In this document: piece after piece, positions 39,953 through 50,130 of the stretch
How the letters are laid out: each line of letters begins with the position of its first letter
How positions within the stretch are numbered: the stretch's first letter is position 1
NCBI GenBank assembly: GCA_963726255.1
Contig: CAVSBL010000002.1
Coordinates: forward strand, 640,001 to 704,000
Reading direction: 5' to 3'
Length of the DNA: 64,000 bases
DNA from: Candidatus Bathyarchaeota archaeon
GTDB lineage: Archaea > Thermoproteota > Bathyarchaeia > 40CM-2-53-6
Notes under the pieces: generated by a model
What the model saw: the letters and a program-made list of their open reading frames with translations, nothing else
What the model was told of the DNA's origin: nothing
Databases searched by the model: none
Made by a program: the position numbers and the translations under genes

Positions 39953-41371
39953 ATGGTCAGCACGGTTCTTATTGCGCCGCAAGCCATTCATGGCATTCGC
40001 CGAGGGAATACAACACCTTTGTCCGGAGACGATGTTGCGCTAGCAACCGACCTGTATGAGCTAACAATGGCTGCTGCCTACTTCGAGAATGGTGAAACCG
40101 CGGAAGCTACGTTCGAACTCTTCGTACGGAACTTTCCAAAAGATCGTTCATACCTGATTGCGGCGGGCCTGGAGCAAGCTGTAGATTATCTAAAACGATT
40201 GCGATTCAGAGACGAACATATCAAGTATCTGAGAAGAGACCCAGATTTCAAGAATGTAAGCAGTCGGTTCTTCCGGTATCTCAAAAAACTGAAATTCACC
40301 GGCGATGTGTGGGCTCTCCCGGAAGGAACGGTGTTCTTCACAAATGAGCCTGTTTTGCGAGTTACCGCGCCAATTATTGAAGCCCAAATCGTGGAGACCT
40401 ACCTTCTATCGATGATTAACTTCCAAACTTTGATTGCCACCAAAGCCTCGAGAGTTGTGCAGAGTGCGAGAGGAAGGGGAGTCGTCGAATTTGGTGGCCG
40501 ACGCGCCCACGGGCCGCAGGCGGCGCTATTGGCCGCCAGAGCCAGTTACATAGGAGGCTGCATAGGGACCTCCCATGTTTTGGCCGGATACAGGTTTGGA
40601 ATACCAACCTATGGTACAATGGCCCATTCATTCGTAATGAACTACGATTCAGAGCAGGAGGCGTTTGAGAGGTTCGCCAAGGTCTTCCCCTCCAATCCAG
40701 CCCTTCTGCTTGACACCTACGATACCATTGAGGGTGCGAAAAGGGCTGTTTCCATGAAGGTTGCGCCGTCACTTGTCAGGCTTGACAGCGGCGACCGCTA
40801 CGACCTGAGCGTTAAGGTCAGACAAATCCTAGACGATGCAGGTTTCAAGGGAACGAAGATATTTGTGAGCGGCGACCTCAACGAATTCGTCTTAGACGAC
40901 CTGACTTCCCGGGGTGCCCCAATCGACGGGTTTGGCGTTGGAACGGAACTCGTAACATCACGGGACGACCCTGCATTACAGGCAATCTACAAAATTGTTT
41001 CAACAAAACGGAATGCGAGAGTGACCTACCGCGTCAAGACAAGTGAAGGTAAGCGAACGACTCCAGGGGCTAAGCAAGTATACAGGAAATACTCAGAGAC
41101 GGGAGAGATTCAAGAGGACATAATCGCCCTCGAAGATGAGGAACCACCCCGAGCAACCGAACCCCTCCTCACCAAAGTGCTCAAACACGGCAAACTCGTC
41201 CACAATCTGCCTACTCTCGGTGTAATACGAGAGCGAGCCATCAAGGATGTAGCCCGCTTACCCGCAAGTTACAAGGTTCTGAAAGGTTCGGAAGAGCCGC
41301 CAACGAAACTGAGTCGAAAGCTTGAAGAATTAAGTGAGTCCTTGTGGGGCAATCCGAACCGGAAAGATTGA
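39953..41371 (+). CDS. pncB: Nicotinate phosphoribosyltransferase (likely start TTG 40019)
   Basis: TDLYELTM, EFGGRRAH, GTMAHS, LDTYDT, RLDSGD. Confidence 0.95.
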   Translation: MVSTVLIAPQAIHGIRRGNTTPLSGDDVALATDLYELTMAAAYFENGETAEATFELFVRNFPKDRSYLIAAGLEQAVDYLKRLRFRDEHIKYLRRDPDFKNVSSRFFRYLKKLKFTGDVWALPEGTVFFTNEPVLRVTAPIIEAQIVETYLLSMINFQTLIATKASRVVQSARGRGVVEFGGRRAHGPQAALLAARASYIGGCIGTSHVLAGYRFGIPTYGTMAHSFVMNYDSEQEAFERFAKVFPSNPALLLDTYDTIEGAKRAVSMKVAPSLVRLDSGDRYDLSVKVRQILDDAGFKGTKIFVSGDLNEFVLDDLTSRGAPIDGFGVGTELVTSRDDPALQAIYKIVSTKRNARVTYRVKTSEGKRTTPGAKQVYRKYSETGEIQEDIIALEDEEPPRATEPLLTKVLKHGKLVHNLPTLGVIRERAIKDVARLPASYKVLKGSEEPPTKLSRKLEELSESLWGNPNRKD

Positions 41372-41432
41372 TTATTCGACTGGAATTCCACTTAGCGCAA
41401 GAAATTAACGCTTTCTGAAAAACTTAAATTTA

Positions 41433-42170
41433 ATGCCTTTTGTTAGTCGCGCAAACATTTCAGGCGGAATCTTTCAAACGGTAAGACTCATGACCCCCGT
41501 TCACAAAGGACCTGGTTTTCAACGCAGAACCATCGCCAATCGGGGTCAAACCTTCACTAATGCTTGTCTGTCGTGCAAGGATTTAGCTAATTGCTGTGGA
41601 AGCGCAGCGTCTGCACTGCCTAGAGCGGAATTTGATGGGGCTTCGCCGATCAAGAAAAAAGGCCTTTCAAGGCGAGATGCGCTCAAGATTATGGGTGGGA
41701 TTTCAGCGGCTCTCGCATTAGCCCCGTTTACGGCGGCCGGTTCATACCTCATCCCGACTGTCTCTACGAAATTCAATCCAGTCCTAATCGCAAAGAAAGA
41801 AGACGTACCAGTTAATGGGTCGACAGTTTTCTGGTTTCCGTTCACGACGGACCCAACCTATACGAATATGCTAATTCATCTGCCGCCGGACCTGGCCGCG
41901 AAAGCGGGAGAGGAATTTGTGGCTTATAATAGGACTTGCATTCACCTGCAATGTCTTGTTTCCTACCTCTCGAATTCGGAGATCATCGGGTGCCCATGCC
42001 ACGGAAGCGAGTACAGGCCTACCGACGGATGGCCAGTTGCAGGCCCCGCGGCACAAATCGGACGCTACCTACCTAGCGTCAAGCTTAGAATAGATGGCGA
42101 CAACATTTACGCCGAATCCGTAGACCTGGATGTGATTGGATATGGCAGCGACACGCCCCCCTCGCAGTGA
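41433..42170 (+). CDS. Rieske 2Fe-2S protein with Tat anchor (true start probably near 41568)
   Basis: SRRDALK; CIHLQC; CPCHGS; GPA. Confidence 0.93.
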   Translation: MPFVSRANISGGIFQTVRLMTPVHKGPGFQRRTIANRGQTFTNACLSCKDLANCCGSAASALPRAEFDGASPIKKKGLSRRDALKIMGGISAALALAPFTAAGSYLIPTVSTKFNPVLIAKKEDVPVNGSTVFWFPFTTDPTYTNMLIHLPPDLAAKAGEEFVAYNRTCIHLQCLVSYLSNSEIIGCPCHGSEYRPTDGWPVAGPAAQIGRYLPSVKLRIDGDNIYAESVDLDVIGYGSDTPPSQ

Positions 42171-43524
42171 AGACAAGAACCCTATCCAGCTCCTGATCGA
42201 CTGGTTGAGCCAGCGACTTGAGCGAACAATATTCATGGGTCTGAAGTTTACACTCCCCAGGAAATTCGTAAGCCCTCTAGGATTCTTGGGTTTCTTGACT
42301 TTCACGGTTTTCGCGTTGCTCGGAATCTCGGGAGCCCTACTAATGCTGTATTACAGCCCCACGGTCATTTTCAACACAGCAACAGGGGCAGTAACCTCGC
42401 CATTCGATAGTGTGCAAAATATCAACAATGTTGTGCCGTTCGGCTCAGCGTTACGTAACATTCACTACCATGCCTCAAATGCCATGGTCCTCCTAGCCGT
42501 TGCACACATGTTTTACCAGTATTTCTCGGGGCGGTACAAACTACGCTACGAGGTCCTATGGGTTACCGGAATCATCATCGGGATACTCACGATAATCGAA
42601 GCCTATACTGGATATGACTTACTGCTAAATGTGCGCGGGATGCTCGCAATCAACATTGGTAGAGCACTTGCGCGAAGCACACCGTTCATGGGGCCGGAGG
42701 CCTTTCGACTCATGGCCGGAACCGGACTCGCTGATCTAATTCTGAGATTCTACGCAGTCCACGTCTTCATCTTCCCAATGATAATGATACTGATCATGAT
42801 GGTCCACTTCCCACGCTACATGGTCTTGGACATCCCGGTGGTGTCCATGGTCGCGGGCGCCATAATGGTGATCGGCGGCCTTTTCCCGGTTGAGCTGGGC
42901 GCAAAATTCATCCCCACGGCAGAGGCAGGCATCACGATGCCGGAGTGGTACCTTACCGGCATGTATGCCATCATACGGACTGGAATCGACAGATTCCTCG
43001 CGGGTGTAGTCATTCCGATGATATTCGTCATAGTCTTCTTAGTTGTTCCGTTCGTTGACACAAGTAGGAAGTTATTCGTTCGTGACCGTCCATTCTTTAC
43101 AGCGATGGGAGTTGCTGGACTAGGGCAACTTGCGCTGACGACGGTGTGGGGTTTCAGGGCGAACAATCTCTTTTTGCCGCTCGACAGTATTCCACAACTC
43201 GAAATTGACCCATTCATCTTCTTCGGTTCAGTAATTTTCATTGGCGCCGCCGCGTACGCACTCATCTACTTGTGGTTGAATGCTACAGCCCCTGCGCCGG
43301 GCGCACGTCCCACCCATGGTCGGAAGCAGTTTCCAATCTACAAGCTGAGCCCGAATGAATGGCGGGCGGTAGTGATCTCGCTTCTCGGATTCCAAGTGCT
43401 CTTCGACATTTACTCTTTCCAAGCGTTCCTGGCTAGTTTCAAGAACGTGGTTCTCCTGCAGATCGGTGTAGGGTTAATTGCGTTCGGGATATTGGTTCAT
43501 CTTTACCGAATTGGGGCGGAATAG
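42142..43524 (+). CDS. Cytochrome b of a Rieske/cytb complex
   Basis: RNIHYHAS...AH, RFYAVH...VH haem ligands; PEWY. Confidence 0.93.
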   Translation: MAATRPPRSEDKNPIQLLIDWLSQRLERTIFMGLKFTLPRKFVSPLGFLGFLTFTVFALLGISGALLMLYYSPTVIFNTATGAVTSPFDSVQNINNVVPFGSALRNIHYHASNAMVLLAVAHMFYQYFSGRYKLRYEVLWVTGIIIGILTIIEAYTGYDLLLNVRGMLAINIGRALARSTPFMGPEAFRLMAGTGLADLILRFYAVHVFIFPMIMILIMMVHFPRYMVLDIPVVSMVAGAIMVIGGLFPVELGAKFIPTAEAGITMPEWYLTGMYAIIRTGIDRFLAGVVIPMIFVIVFLVVPFVDTSRKLFVRDRPFFTAMGVAGLGQLALTTVWGFRANNLFLPLDSIPQLEIDPFIFFGSVIFIGAAAYALIYLWLNATAPAPGARPTHGRKQFPIYKLSPNEWRAVVISLLGFQVLFDIYSFQAFLASFKNVVLLQIGVGLIAFGILVHLYRIGAE

Positions 43525-43542
43525 AGTAGGAGAATAGTTGCG

Positions 43543-44001
43543 TTGGCGCAAACGCAAGCAAATCATGGGCCTTGGGTTGGAGCGACCGCCATACTGCTGC
43601 TACTACTCATGGGCACTGGAATGTTCTACTACCAGTACTACGTTTTACCCTCGCAAATCGGCCCGCCTCATGTGCCACAGAACATCACCATATACATCGT
43701 CGCCCAGCAGTGGGCGTTTATGGTTAACGGCACAGTTGACACACGCAATGTTCCGATCGTTGTTCACGTGGGAGATAATGTAACTTTCCACGTTCACGGA
43801 ATTTGGCAGCAGGATCCTTCGTTTAGCGAACATGGGTTCTTCATTCAAGGCATAATGGATACCCCACTAACGGTGGCCAAGGATCACGACATAACCGTAA
43901 CTATCGTTCCCACGCAACCTGGTGAGTATACAATAATTTGCACAATCTTCTGCGGCGCAGGCCATGGAGACATGCATGGGCTACTGGAAGTTCTACCGTA
44001 G
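43543..44001 (+). CDS. CuA cupredoxin, oxidase subunit II-like (single TM)
   Basis: AQQWAF, EHGF, CTIFCGAGHGDM. Confidence 0.88.
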   Translation: MAQTQANHGPWVGATAILLLLLMGTGMFYYQYYVLPSQIGPPHVPQNITIYIVAQQWAFMVNGTVDTRNVPIVVHVGDNVTFHVHGIWQQDPSFSEHGFFIQGIMDTPLTVAKDHDITVTIVPTQPGEYTIICTIFCGAGHGDMHGLLEVLP

Positions 44002-44013
44002 GAGCCCAGTGGA

Positions 44014-44901
44014 TTGCAAGCTACCGCAACACAAACACTGAAGAACTATGTTGAAGTCACGAAACCGCCGATAGTCTTCCTGCTTGTCTTTACGTCCCTC
44101 GCCACGATGATTATCGCATGGAGACAGACACTTCATCCAGTATCTCCTGAGTTGGTCATCGTAGCTATCATAGCAATAACCGCCGCCAGTGCCGGCTGTG
44201 ATACGCTTACGTCGTACGTCGATAGGGATATTGACGCGATAATGCACCGCACTAGACGCCGGCCTATTCCGAGTGGCAGGATCACTCCCACGAACGCCCT
44301 CCTTTGGGGTCTTTTTCTGGCCGCCATCGGGCTGGCATTGGCCTACTGGATCAATGCGCTTTCATTCCTTTGGATTGCTCTTGGTGTCGTTGACAATGTT
44401 ATCGTCTACAGCCTGTTGTTGAAACGGAGAAACCCACTGAACATCATTCTGGGCGGCGTAAGCGGCGGATTACCCGTCATGTTTGGCTGGAGCGCGGTTA
44501 CCAACGGAGTGGAACTGCTTCCAATTCTATTGGCGGCTTTGGTGGTCCTCTGGATCCCCGGCCACATCTGGAGCTTGGCCATATTCACCAGGGAAGATTA
44601 CAAGCGTGCACGAATTCCGATGTTGCCCGTGGTCACGAAACTTCGCACCGCTCTGAGGTGCATCGTCTCGACTGTGGTGCTTATGATTCCTTTCTCGCTT
44701 TGGATTTGGGTTGTGGGTGGGTTCGGGTGGCTTTACTTGGCCGTCGCAGCGGTATTCGGGGTTTGGGTTCTGTACATCAATGTCCAGCTGTTTGTCCATC
44801 CAGATAATGAGATGGCTTACAAGGCGTTCAAAGTTTCAAGCCCATATCTTTTCGCCTTGTTCTTCGCGATGATCGTTGACAGTTTGATTCGCGCAGTGTA
44901 G
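44014..44901 (+). CDS. ctaB: Protoheme IX farnesyltransferase (haem O synthase)
   Basis: VTKP, DRDIDAIMHRTRRRPIPSG, W.P.H.W.LA...EDY..A.IPMLP. Confidence 0.95.
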   Translation: MQATATQTLKNYVEVTKPPIVFLLVFTSLATMIIAWRQTLHPVSPELVIVAIIAITAASAGCDTLTSYVDRDIDAIMHRTRRRPIPSGRITPTNALLWGLFLAAIGLALAYWINALSFLWIALGVVDNVIVYSLLLKRRNPLNIILGGVSGGLPVMFGWSAVTNGVELLPILLAALVVLWIPGHIWSLAIFTREDYKRARIPMLPVVTKLRTALRCIVSTVVLMIPFSLWIWVVGGFGWLYLAVAAVFGVWVLYINVQLFVHPDNEMAYKAFKVSSPYLFALFFAMIVDSLIRAV

Positions 44902-44903
44902 CC

Positions 44904-46070
44904 TTAGGATAAGAACGGTTTTAGGCCTCTCGGCGCCCTGCACGTGATTACGTCCTTGATTCCCTGAGTCCCCAAGACTCGCAGCAATAGGTGGAATATG
45001 ATATCGTTTCCCATGAAGTGGTCCGCTAGCCTCCTAAGCTTGGTAGAAACCACCATCTCCTTCCCCAGCGTCTGCTTCCATTCCCTCTCGTATTCCGAAA
45101 GTGGCGTTCCTTTCTGAACGTAGTCCGCGGCGACCTTCCCTGCAATTTCGCCCGTAATCATCGCGGTTGAAATTCCTCCGCCATTAGTAGGCATCACCAT
45201 GCCCGCGGCGTCCCCAACAGCCATCACATGTTCGGAATAGGTCGTGGCCAATGGTCCATCAACGGGGAGAACGTCAGCAATCATAGGCCCCGCTTTGCCA
45301 CCTTTGAGTTTCAACTTCGTTAGGGAACATTGATCGAGGAAGAATTGAAGGTAGCTTCTGCCATCATTTCGCCCAGAGTACGAGGTCCGTATTCCGATGC
45401 CAACGTTCGCAGAACGCCCGCCCTTCGGAATGATCCAGCCGTAGCCCCCTGGGGCTAGCTCAGTCCCAAGATACATTTCTGTTACGGCTTGGTCAACCGA
45501 CAATTCTGTCATTAGGTACTCATAGTTTATCGCAACGTTGTTTGGCGTCATGTAATCCTCGGTGAGAATGCCAGCTGACTTAGCGACTTTGGAGGGAAAT
45601 CCATCTGCCGCGATGACCACTTTCGCTCGGACTGCATCCTGTCTAGTTCTGCCGACGCTCATGTTGTCGTTCTCAACGAATAGGTCGACAGGAGTCCGTA
45701 GCTGAACTGTGCCACCTAGATTTTGGACCTCTTGTGCAGTGCGTTGTTCTAGTTTGGTCCTGTCCAGAATGTAGGCTTCGAAATCGAATTCGTATTCACT
45801 GCCTTTCGGCGATATCACACGGATGCTCTTGCAAATGTTGTCCACAGATTCCTTTGGAATATCGAAGACGTGCATGTAAGCGCCAGCACCCGGCAGCAGG
45901 TACTCCATCTCCTTGCGTACTGGAAAGTATTCACCGCATTTCACTGGTGTGCCCACGACTGTTTTCTTGTCGAATACGTGAACGGTTAGACCGCGTTTGA
46001 GGGCCTGAACGGCGGCATAGAGGCCCCCTGGGCCAGCTCCAGCCACGACTAGGTCGACTTCTTTTTGCAA
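44904..46070 (-). CDS. Digeranylgeranylglycerophospholipid reductase-like flavoprotein
   Basis: GAGPGG, PVKCGE, APGGYGWIIPKG, GDAAG..P.NGGGI. Confidence 0.9.
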   Translation of the reverse strand: MQKEVDLVVAGAGPGGLYAAVQALKRGLTVHVFDKKTVVGTPVKCGEYFPVRKEMEYLLPGAGAYMHVFDIPKESVDNICKSIRVISPKGSEYEFDFEAYILDRTKLEQRTAQEVQNLGGTVQLRTPVDLFVENDNMSVGRTRQDAVRAKVVIAADGFPSKVAKSAGILTEDYMTPNNVAINYEYLMTELSVDQAVTEMYLGTELAPGGYGWIIPKGGRSANVGIGIRTSYSGRNDGRSYLQFFLDQCSLTKLKLKGGKAGPMIADVLPVDGPLATTYSEHVMAVGDAAGMVMPTNGGGISTAMITGEIAGKVAADYVQKGTPLSEYEREWKQTLGKEMVVSTKLRRLADHFMGNDIIFHLLLRVLGTQGIKDVITCRAPRGLKPFLS

Positions 46071-46139
46071 ATTTCCCGCCGCAAGAGGATGATGTTATTT
46101 GATTCGGCGAGTGCGTCAAAAAAATGGTTCGGTTAGGGC

Positions 46140-47600
46140 TTAAGGACTCAGGCTGACGCCGGCGGGCAAAAGGTAGTTTGCGACCTTAAGCAGGTAGTTA
46201 AGAATGGGTCCCGGGTATATCCCGACGACCACGATGATTACTGTCGATACCAGCAGCACGGCAACGAGTGAAGTTGGCTCGCGTAACCTGCCGGAGGTCG
46301 TTGGTTCGTCGAAGTACATTCGTTTCACCACCCAACCGTAGTAGGCCATTGAGAACGCGCTGTTCAGGACTCCGGCCAATGCCAGCCACCACAGTTGCCC
46401 GTTTACGGCTGCAGTGAAGAGAACAAGTTTGCTCATGAATCCGCTCAGCGGCGGGACTCCAGCTAGCGCGAACAACGAGATAGTGAGCGTGAACGCCGTT
46501 ATGGGCATGCGCTCACCTAAACCTGAGTAGGAATCCAGCGACGTCGTAGACATTCGACTGTAGACTGTTGCTGCCGCGACGAAAGCAGCCGTCTTCATTA
46601 CGCCGTGGTTGAGAATATGAAACAAAGCACCCGCAATTCCCAGTGGGTTCGGGGCGGCAAGTCCGATGAGAATATAGCCCGCTTGGGCAATGCTCGAATA
46701 CGCAAGCATCCTTGTGAAACTCTTCTGCATTAGGGCGGCGATGTTACCTAGCGTCATTGTCAAAATCGCGATGATTGCAAATGTCCCTGACCAATCCAAG
46801 CGGAGCGCAATTAGAGCAACTGTGAAGATTCTGATGAGGGCTGCGAAACCCCCGTTCTTCGTTCCAGCCGCGAGAAAGGCCCCAATAGTTATCGGTGCGC
46901 CTTCGTACGCGTCAGGAATCCACATGTGGAAAGGCACAGCCGCGACCTTCATCCCAAATCCCGCGACGAACAGGACCATTGCCAGAAGTGCTAAAGGATT
47001 AAGCTTCGGAAGAACCACGCCGAACTCTTGCGCAACGAGGTAAATGTTCGTGGTCCCGGTTATGCCGAAGGTCAGGGAAATTGCGTACACAATTAGAGCT
47101 GATGATAAGGCGCTCAAGATGAAGAACTTCAGAGCAGCTTCATTCGAAATCGGATCATCCTTCTGTATTCCAGTTAGAATGTAGCTTGGGATATTCATCA
47201 ACTCCCAAGCAAGGAACAATGCGATTAGGTCCACTGACAGAGAGACCAAAATCATTCCAAAGGTCGCGAGCAAAAGCAGCGCGAAATATGTGTCAAGGTT
47301 CTTGTTGGCGCGCATGTAATGGATGGAAGCGACGCCAATAAGAAGCGTAATTCCGACAAAAACAGCGGCGAAGTATACAGAAAAGCCGTCAATCGAAAGA
47401 ACGTTGAGGACCAATTGAGGCTGCGGAAAACCTTGGGCCAGTATTGCGGCTATTGCGCCAAGAGTTACTAAGAGGCCCGCGAGGGACCAGTAGGTAACAA
47501 GAGAGCGAACACGAATCCTGTTGGAAAGGCCCTGAACCAATGGGATAAGAATACTGAAAAATGGAAGGGTGAAAAGCAGGAGGGCCGTCGTCAGCTGCAT
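46140..47600 (-). CDS. nuoN: Complex I-like subunit N
   Basis: SNEAALKFF, MKVAAVPFHMWIPDAYEGAP, RMLAYSSIAQAGY. Confidence 0.93.
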   Translation of the reverse strand: MQLTTALLLFTLPFFSILIPLVQGLSNRIRVRSLVTYWSLAGLLVTLGAIAAILAQGFPQPQLVLNVLSIDGFSVYFAAVFVGITLLIGVASIHYMRANKNLDTYFALLLLATFGMILVSLSVDLIALFLAWELMNIPSYILTGIQKDDPISNEAALKFFILSALSSALIVYAISLTFGITGTTNIYLVAQEFGVVLPKLNPLALLAMVLFVAGFGMKVAAVPFHMWIPDAYEGAPITIGAFLAAGTKNGGFAALIRIFTVALIALRLDWSGTFAIIAILTMTLGNIAALMQKSFTRMLAYSSIAQAGYILIGLAAPNPLGIAGALFHILNHGVMKTAAFVAAATVYSRMSTTSLDSYSGLGERMPITAFTLTISLFALAGVPPLSGFMSKLVLFTAAVNGQLWWLALAGVLNSAFSMAYYGWVVKRMYFDEPTTSGRLREPTSLVAVLLVSTVIIVVVGIYPGPILNYLLKVANYLLPAGVSLSP

Positions 47601-47729
47601 CAGCTTCGCCTTTCCAAGAACGCCCTAGGTGAAATTCCTTCACGTAAATAACGTTTCGCAGTGAGAGAGCAAACGTTTTTCTTGCTGACGTTGAGATTCA
47701 TGGCGACTCCCGAAAATTGTGAACAAGCG

Positions 47730-48053
47730 ATGTCCGCAATAGAAACAGTCAAAATAATTGTCGACGCCGAGAAAGGAGCGGCGGAAATGCTCGAAAAAGC
47801 CCATGCGAAGGCATCGGAGATTCGCAAGGATTTGGAGAAGCGCATCAGAGCAGAGCGGGAGGAGATTCTGAAGTCAGCTAAGAAGGAGGCCGAAGCCATT
47901 GTTGAACAAGCGAAGCGAGATGGAAAGATGGAAGCTGAGGCTTACGAGAAAGAGGCTGTACTCAGAACAAAAGCGGTTGTAGCCAAAGCCTCCACGAGAA
48001 AGGGCCCTGCCGTCGACAAGCTCGTCAACCTCGTTTTGGGGGAAAAGACGTAA
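47730..48053 (+). CDS. A/V-type ATP synthase subunit H (G)
   Basis: Charged coiled coil (IVDAEK.A.E.LEKA) directly before subunit E. Confidence 0.8.
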   Translation: MSAIETVKIIVDAEKGAAEMLEKAHAKASEIRKDLEKRIRAEREEILKSAKKEAEAIVEQAKRDGKMEAEAYEKEAVLRTKAVVAKASTRKGPAVDKLVNLVLGEKT

Positions 48054-48670
48054 TGTCTGAGACTAGTAGATTCACTGAAGATATTCTGGCTGTTGCTAAA
48101 GAAAAATCACAGAGTATAATCACGGAGGCGGAAACTGAGACCAAGCGCGCCTTGGACGAAGCCAAAGCCCACATCTCACGTGAAGCAGGCGAGATCATTC
48201 GCAATGCTCAGTCTGAGGCTGAGGGGGTCAAACGACGAGAAATAAGTGAAGCCCGACACAGATTGAAACTTCAGGAGCAGCAGGAGAAAAGCAAAATACT
48301 CTCCGAAGTCCTAGAAGCGACCAAGAAACGTGTCATTGAGATTGTGAATGACGAGGGCAAATATACTCCGCACCTCTCGGCTTACATTGAAAGTGGCATC
48401 CGTGAACTTGGTTTACCAAGCGTTACCGTCCACCTTAATGCAACTGATTTGAAGCGAATCGATAAGGGCAAACTCGAACAGGAGATCGCCAAGCGGCTCG
48501 GGAAGCCGCCAAGGTTTGAATGGTCAAATGAACCAATTGACGCCCTAGGCGGAGCAATCGTATCCAGCAGTGACGGCCGAACACGAATAGTCAACACCTT
48601 GAACGAACGCTTTGAAGCTTTGGAGTCGAAACTGCTCGTCGAAGCAGGAAAACTACTCTTTGCGGATTGA
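48053..48670 (+). CDS. A/V-type ATP synthase subunit E
   Basis: Coiled coil; LGGAIVSSSDGRTRIVNTLNER. Confidence 0.9.
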   Translation: MSETSRFTEDILAVAKEKSQSIITEAETETKRALDEAKAHISREAGEIIRNAQSEAEGVKRREISEARHRLKLQEQQEKSKILSEVLEATKKRVIEIVNDEGKYTPHLSAYIESGIRELGLPSVTVHLNATDLKRIDKGKLEQEIAKRLGKPPRFEWSNEPIDALGGAIVSSSDGRTRIVNTLNERFEALESKLLVEAGKLLFAD

Positions 48671-48691
48671 TGGTACCCTAGCGAGCCAAAA

Positions 48692-49723
48692 GTGCAAATG
48701 ACAGGAGCAGGAAGATACGCGGAGCTGGCCGCCGCCGTTCGCTCCTTCAAGGCTGAACTTATCCACCCAAGCCAGATTGAACGACTTGTCGAAGCTGGCT
48801 CACTTTCCGAAACCGCCAACATTTTGACTGGAGGCCACGTTACAACTGCCGACAGCTCCGATCTTACCTCAGTGGAATTCTACCTAATTCAGAACGTAAT
48901 CGAGATTACGCACAGGTTAGCAGCGTACGCGCCTCATGACTCCCGTGGCCTGATAAAGCTGTTCGCGACCTCATACGAGCTCTCTTGCGTTAAGGACATA
49001 CTGAAGGCTATAGCTGACCAAATTGAGCCTGATGAAGCGATAAGGTATGTTGTGCCGGCTGGACGTTTCACATTTGAAAGATGTAAGGAACTTGTCGAAT
49101 CACATAACCCTGCAAGGGTCGTAGAAACATTAGAAGACGAAGCGCTCAGACGATTCGTAACGCCAAGGCTGGCGGGAGATAGGGGTGGAATGCTTTCTAT
49201 TGCCGCAATAGACCAATACTATTTCGGCAGGTTGTGGGCGGCATCTAATTTGCCTGACCCACTGGACGCACTGTCAGCGAGGGGTTTGGTTGGAGAAGCA
49301 ATCGACCACTTGAACATACTCCTTGCGTTTCGTGCGCGCTTGGTCGGTCTCGATGCGAGAGCCACTTCAGACATGATGATCCCTGTGAACTACGCCCTAG
49401 GCCACGCGTTCACCGAACTCGGCGAGGCCACAAACGCACAGAGCCTAATGCGTGTGCTTGACAAAACCCCATACGCGCAATCGCTCGAGTTGCCGGGACC
49501 GATCGAAGGGGCGGCTATAGGTGTTGAACGCGCGTTGAAACGAAACCACGCAAAAAGTTGCTTAAACGCTTTTGCGGGTTCGCCGTTCAATGTCGGGCTC
49601 GCATTAGCGTATCTCTTCCTCAAGAACTATGAAATGCATGACCTCTTCAGCATAATAAACGGCAAGGCGAATAGCGTCCCCGCGGAACGCATGTTGGAAT
49701 CATTGATTTTGCAACTCGCTTAA
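48692..49723 (+). CDS. A/V-type ATP synthase subunit C (divergent)
   Basis: IDQYYF, IDHLNI, KTPY, YLFLKNYE..L..I..GK. Confidence 0.85.
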   Translation: MQMTGAGRYAELAAAVRSFKAELIHPSQIERLVEAGSLSETANILTGGHVTTADSSDLTSVEFYLIQNVIEITHRLAAYAPHDSRGLIKLFATSYELSCVKDILKAIADQIEPDEAIRYVVPAGRFTFERCKELVESHNPARVVETLEDEALRRFVTPRLAGDRGGMLSIAAIDQYYFGRLWAASNLPDPLDALSARGLVGEAIDHLNILLAFRARLVGLDARATSDMMIPVNYALGHAFTELGEATNAQSLMRVLDKTPYAQSLELPGPIEGAAIGVERALKRNHAKSCLNAFAGSPFNVGLALAYLFLKNYEMHDLFSIINGKANSVPAERMLESLILQLA

Positions 49724-49785
49724 CCTGGGCAAAGGATTATAATGCCATGCGAGTTGTAAGCGGCCTCGATAGGTGCTGAGCAGTA

Positions 49786-50124
49786 GTGAAGCCCAAACAC
49801 CAATTGATTTTGAGCTTCTTCCTGATGCTAGTCGGTGTAATCGCCATTTCTTCGATGACCGTTGTCGCTTTCTCCCAAGCCCCAACCCAAACTGACCAAG
49901 CCGTTGCGAGTGAGAAAGGCCTGTTCCTTGTCGGCGCAGGAATTGCGGCCGGCTTAGCATCGTGCGGTGCGGGCATCGGCCTCGGAACCGCAAGCGCTGC
50001 AGCTATCGGAGCTATCGCCGAAAAACCTGAAATGCTAGGCAGGACACTATTGTTCGTCGTGCTCATCGAAGCAATCGCAATCTACGGCCTCGCAATGTTC
50101 TTCATAATCTACTCGAGAATCTAA
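49786..50124 (+). CDS. A/V-type ATP synthase proteolipid K/c with N-terminal extra helix
   Basis: GAGIGLG..AIAEKPE..LIEAIAIYG. Confidence 0.95.
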   Translation: MKPKHQLILSFFLMLVGVIAISSMTVVAFSQAPTQTDQAVASEKGLFLVGAGIAAGLASCGAGIGLGTASAAAIGAIAEKPEMLGRTLLFVVLIEAIAIYGLAMFFIIYSRI

Positions 50125-50130
50125 ACTCCG

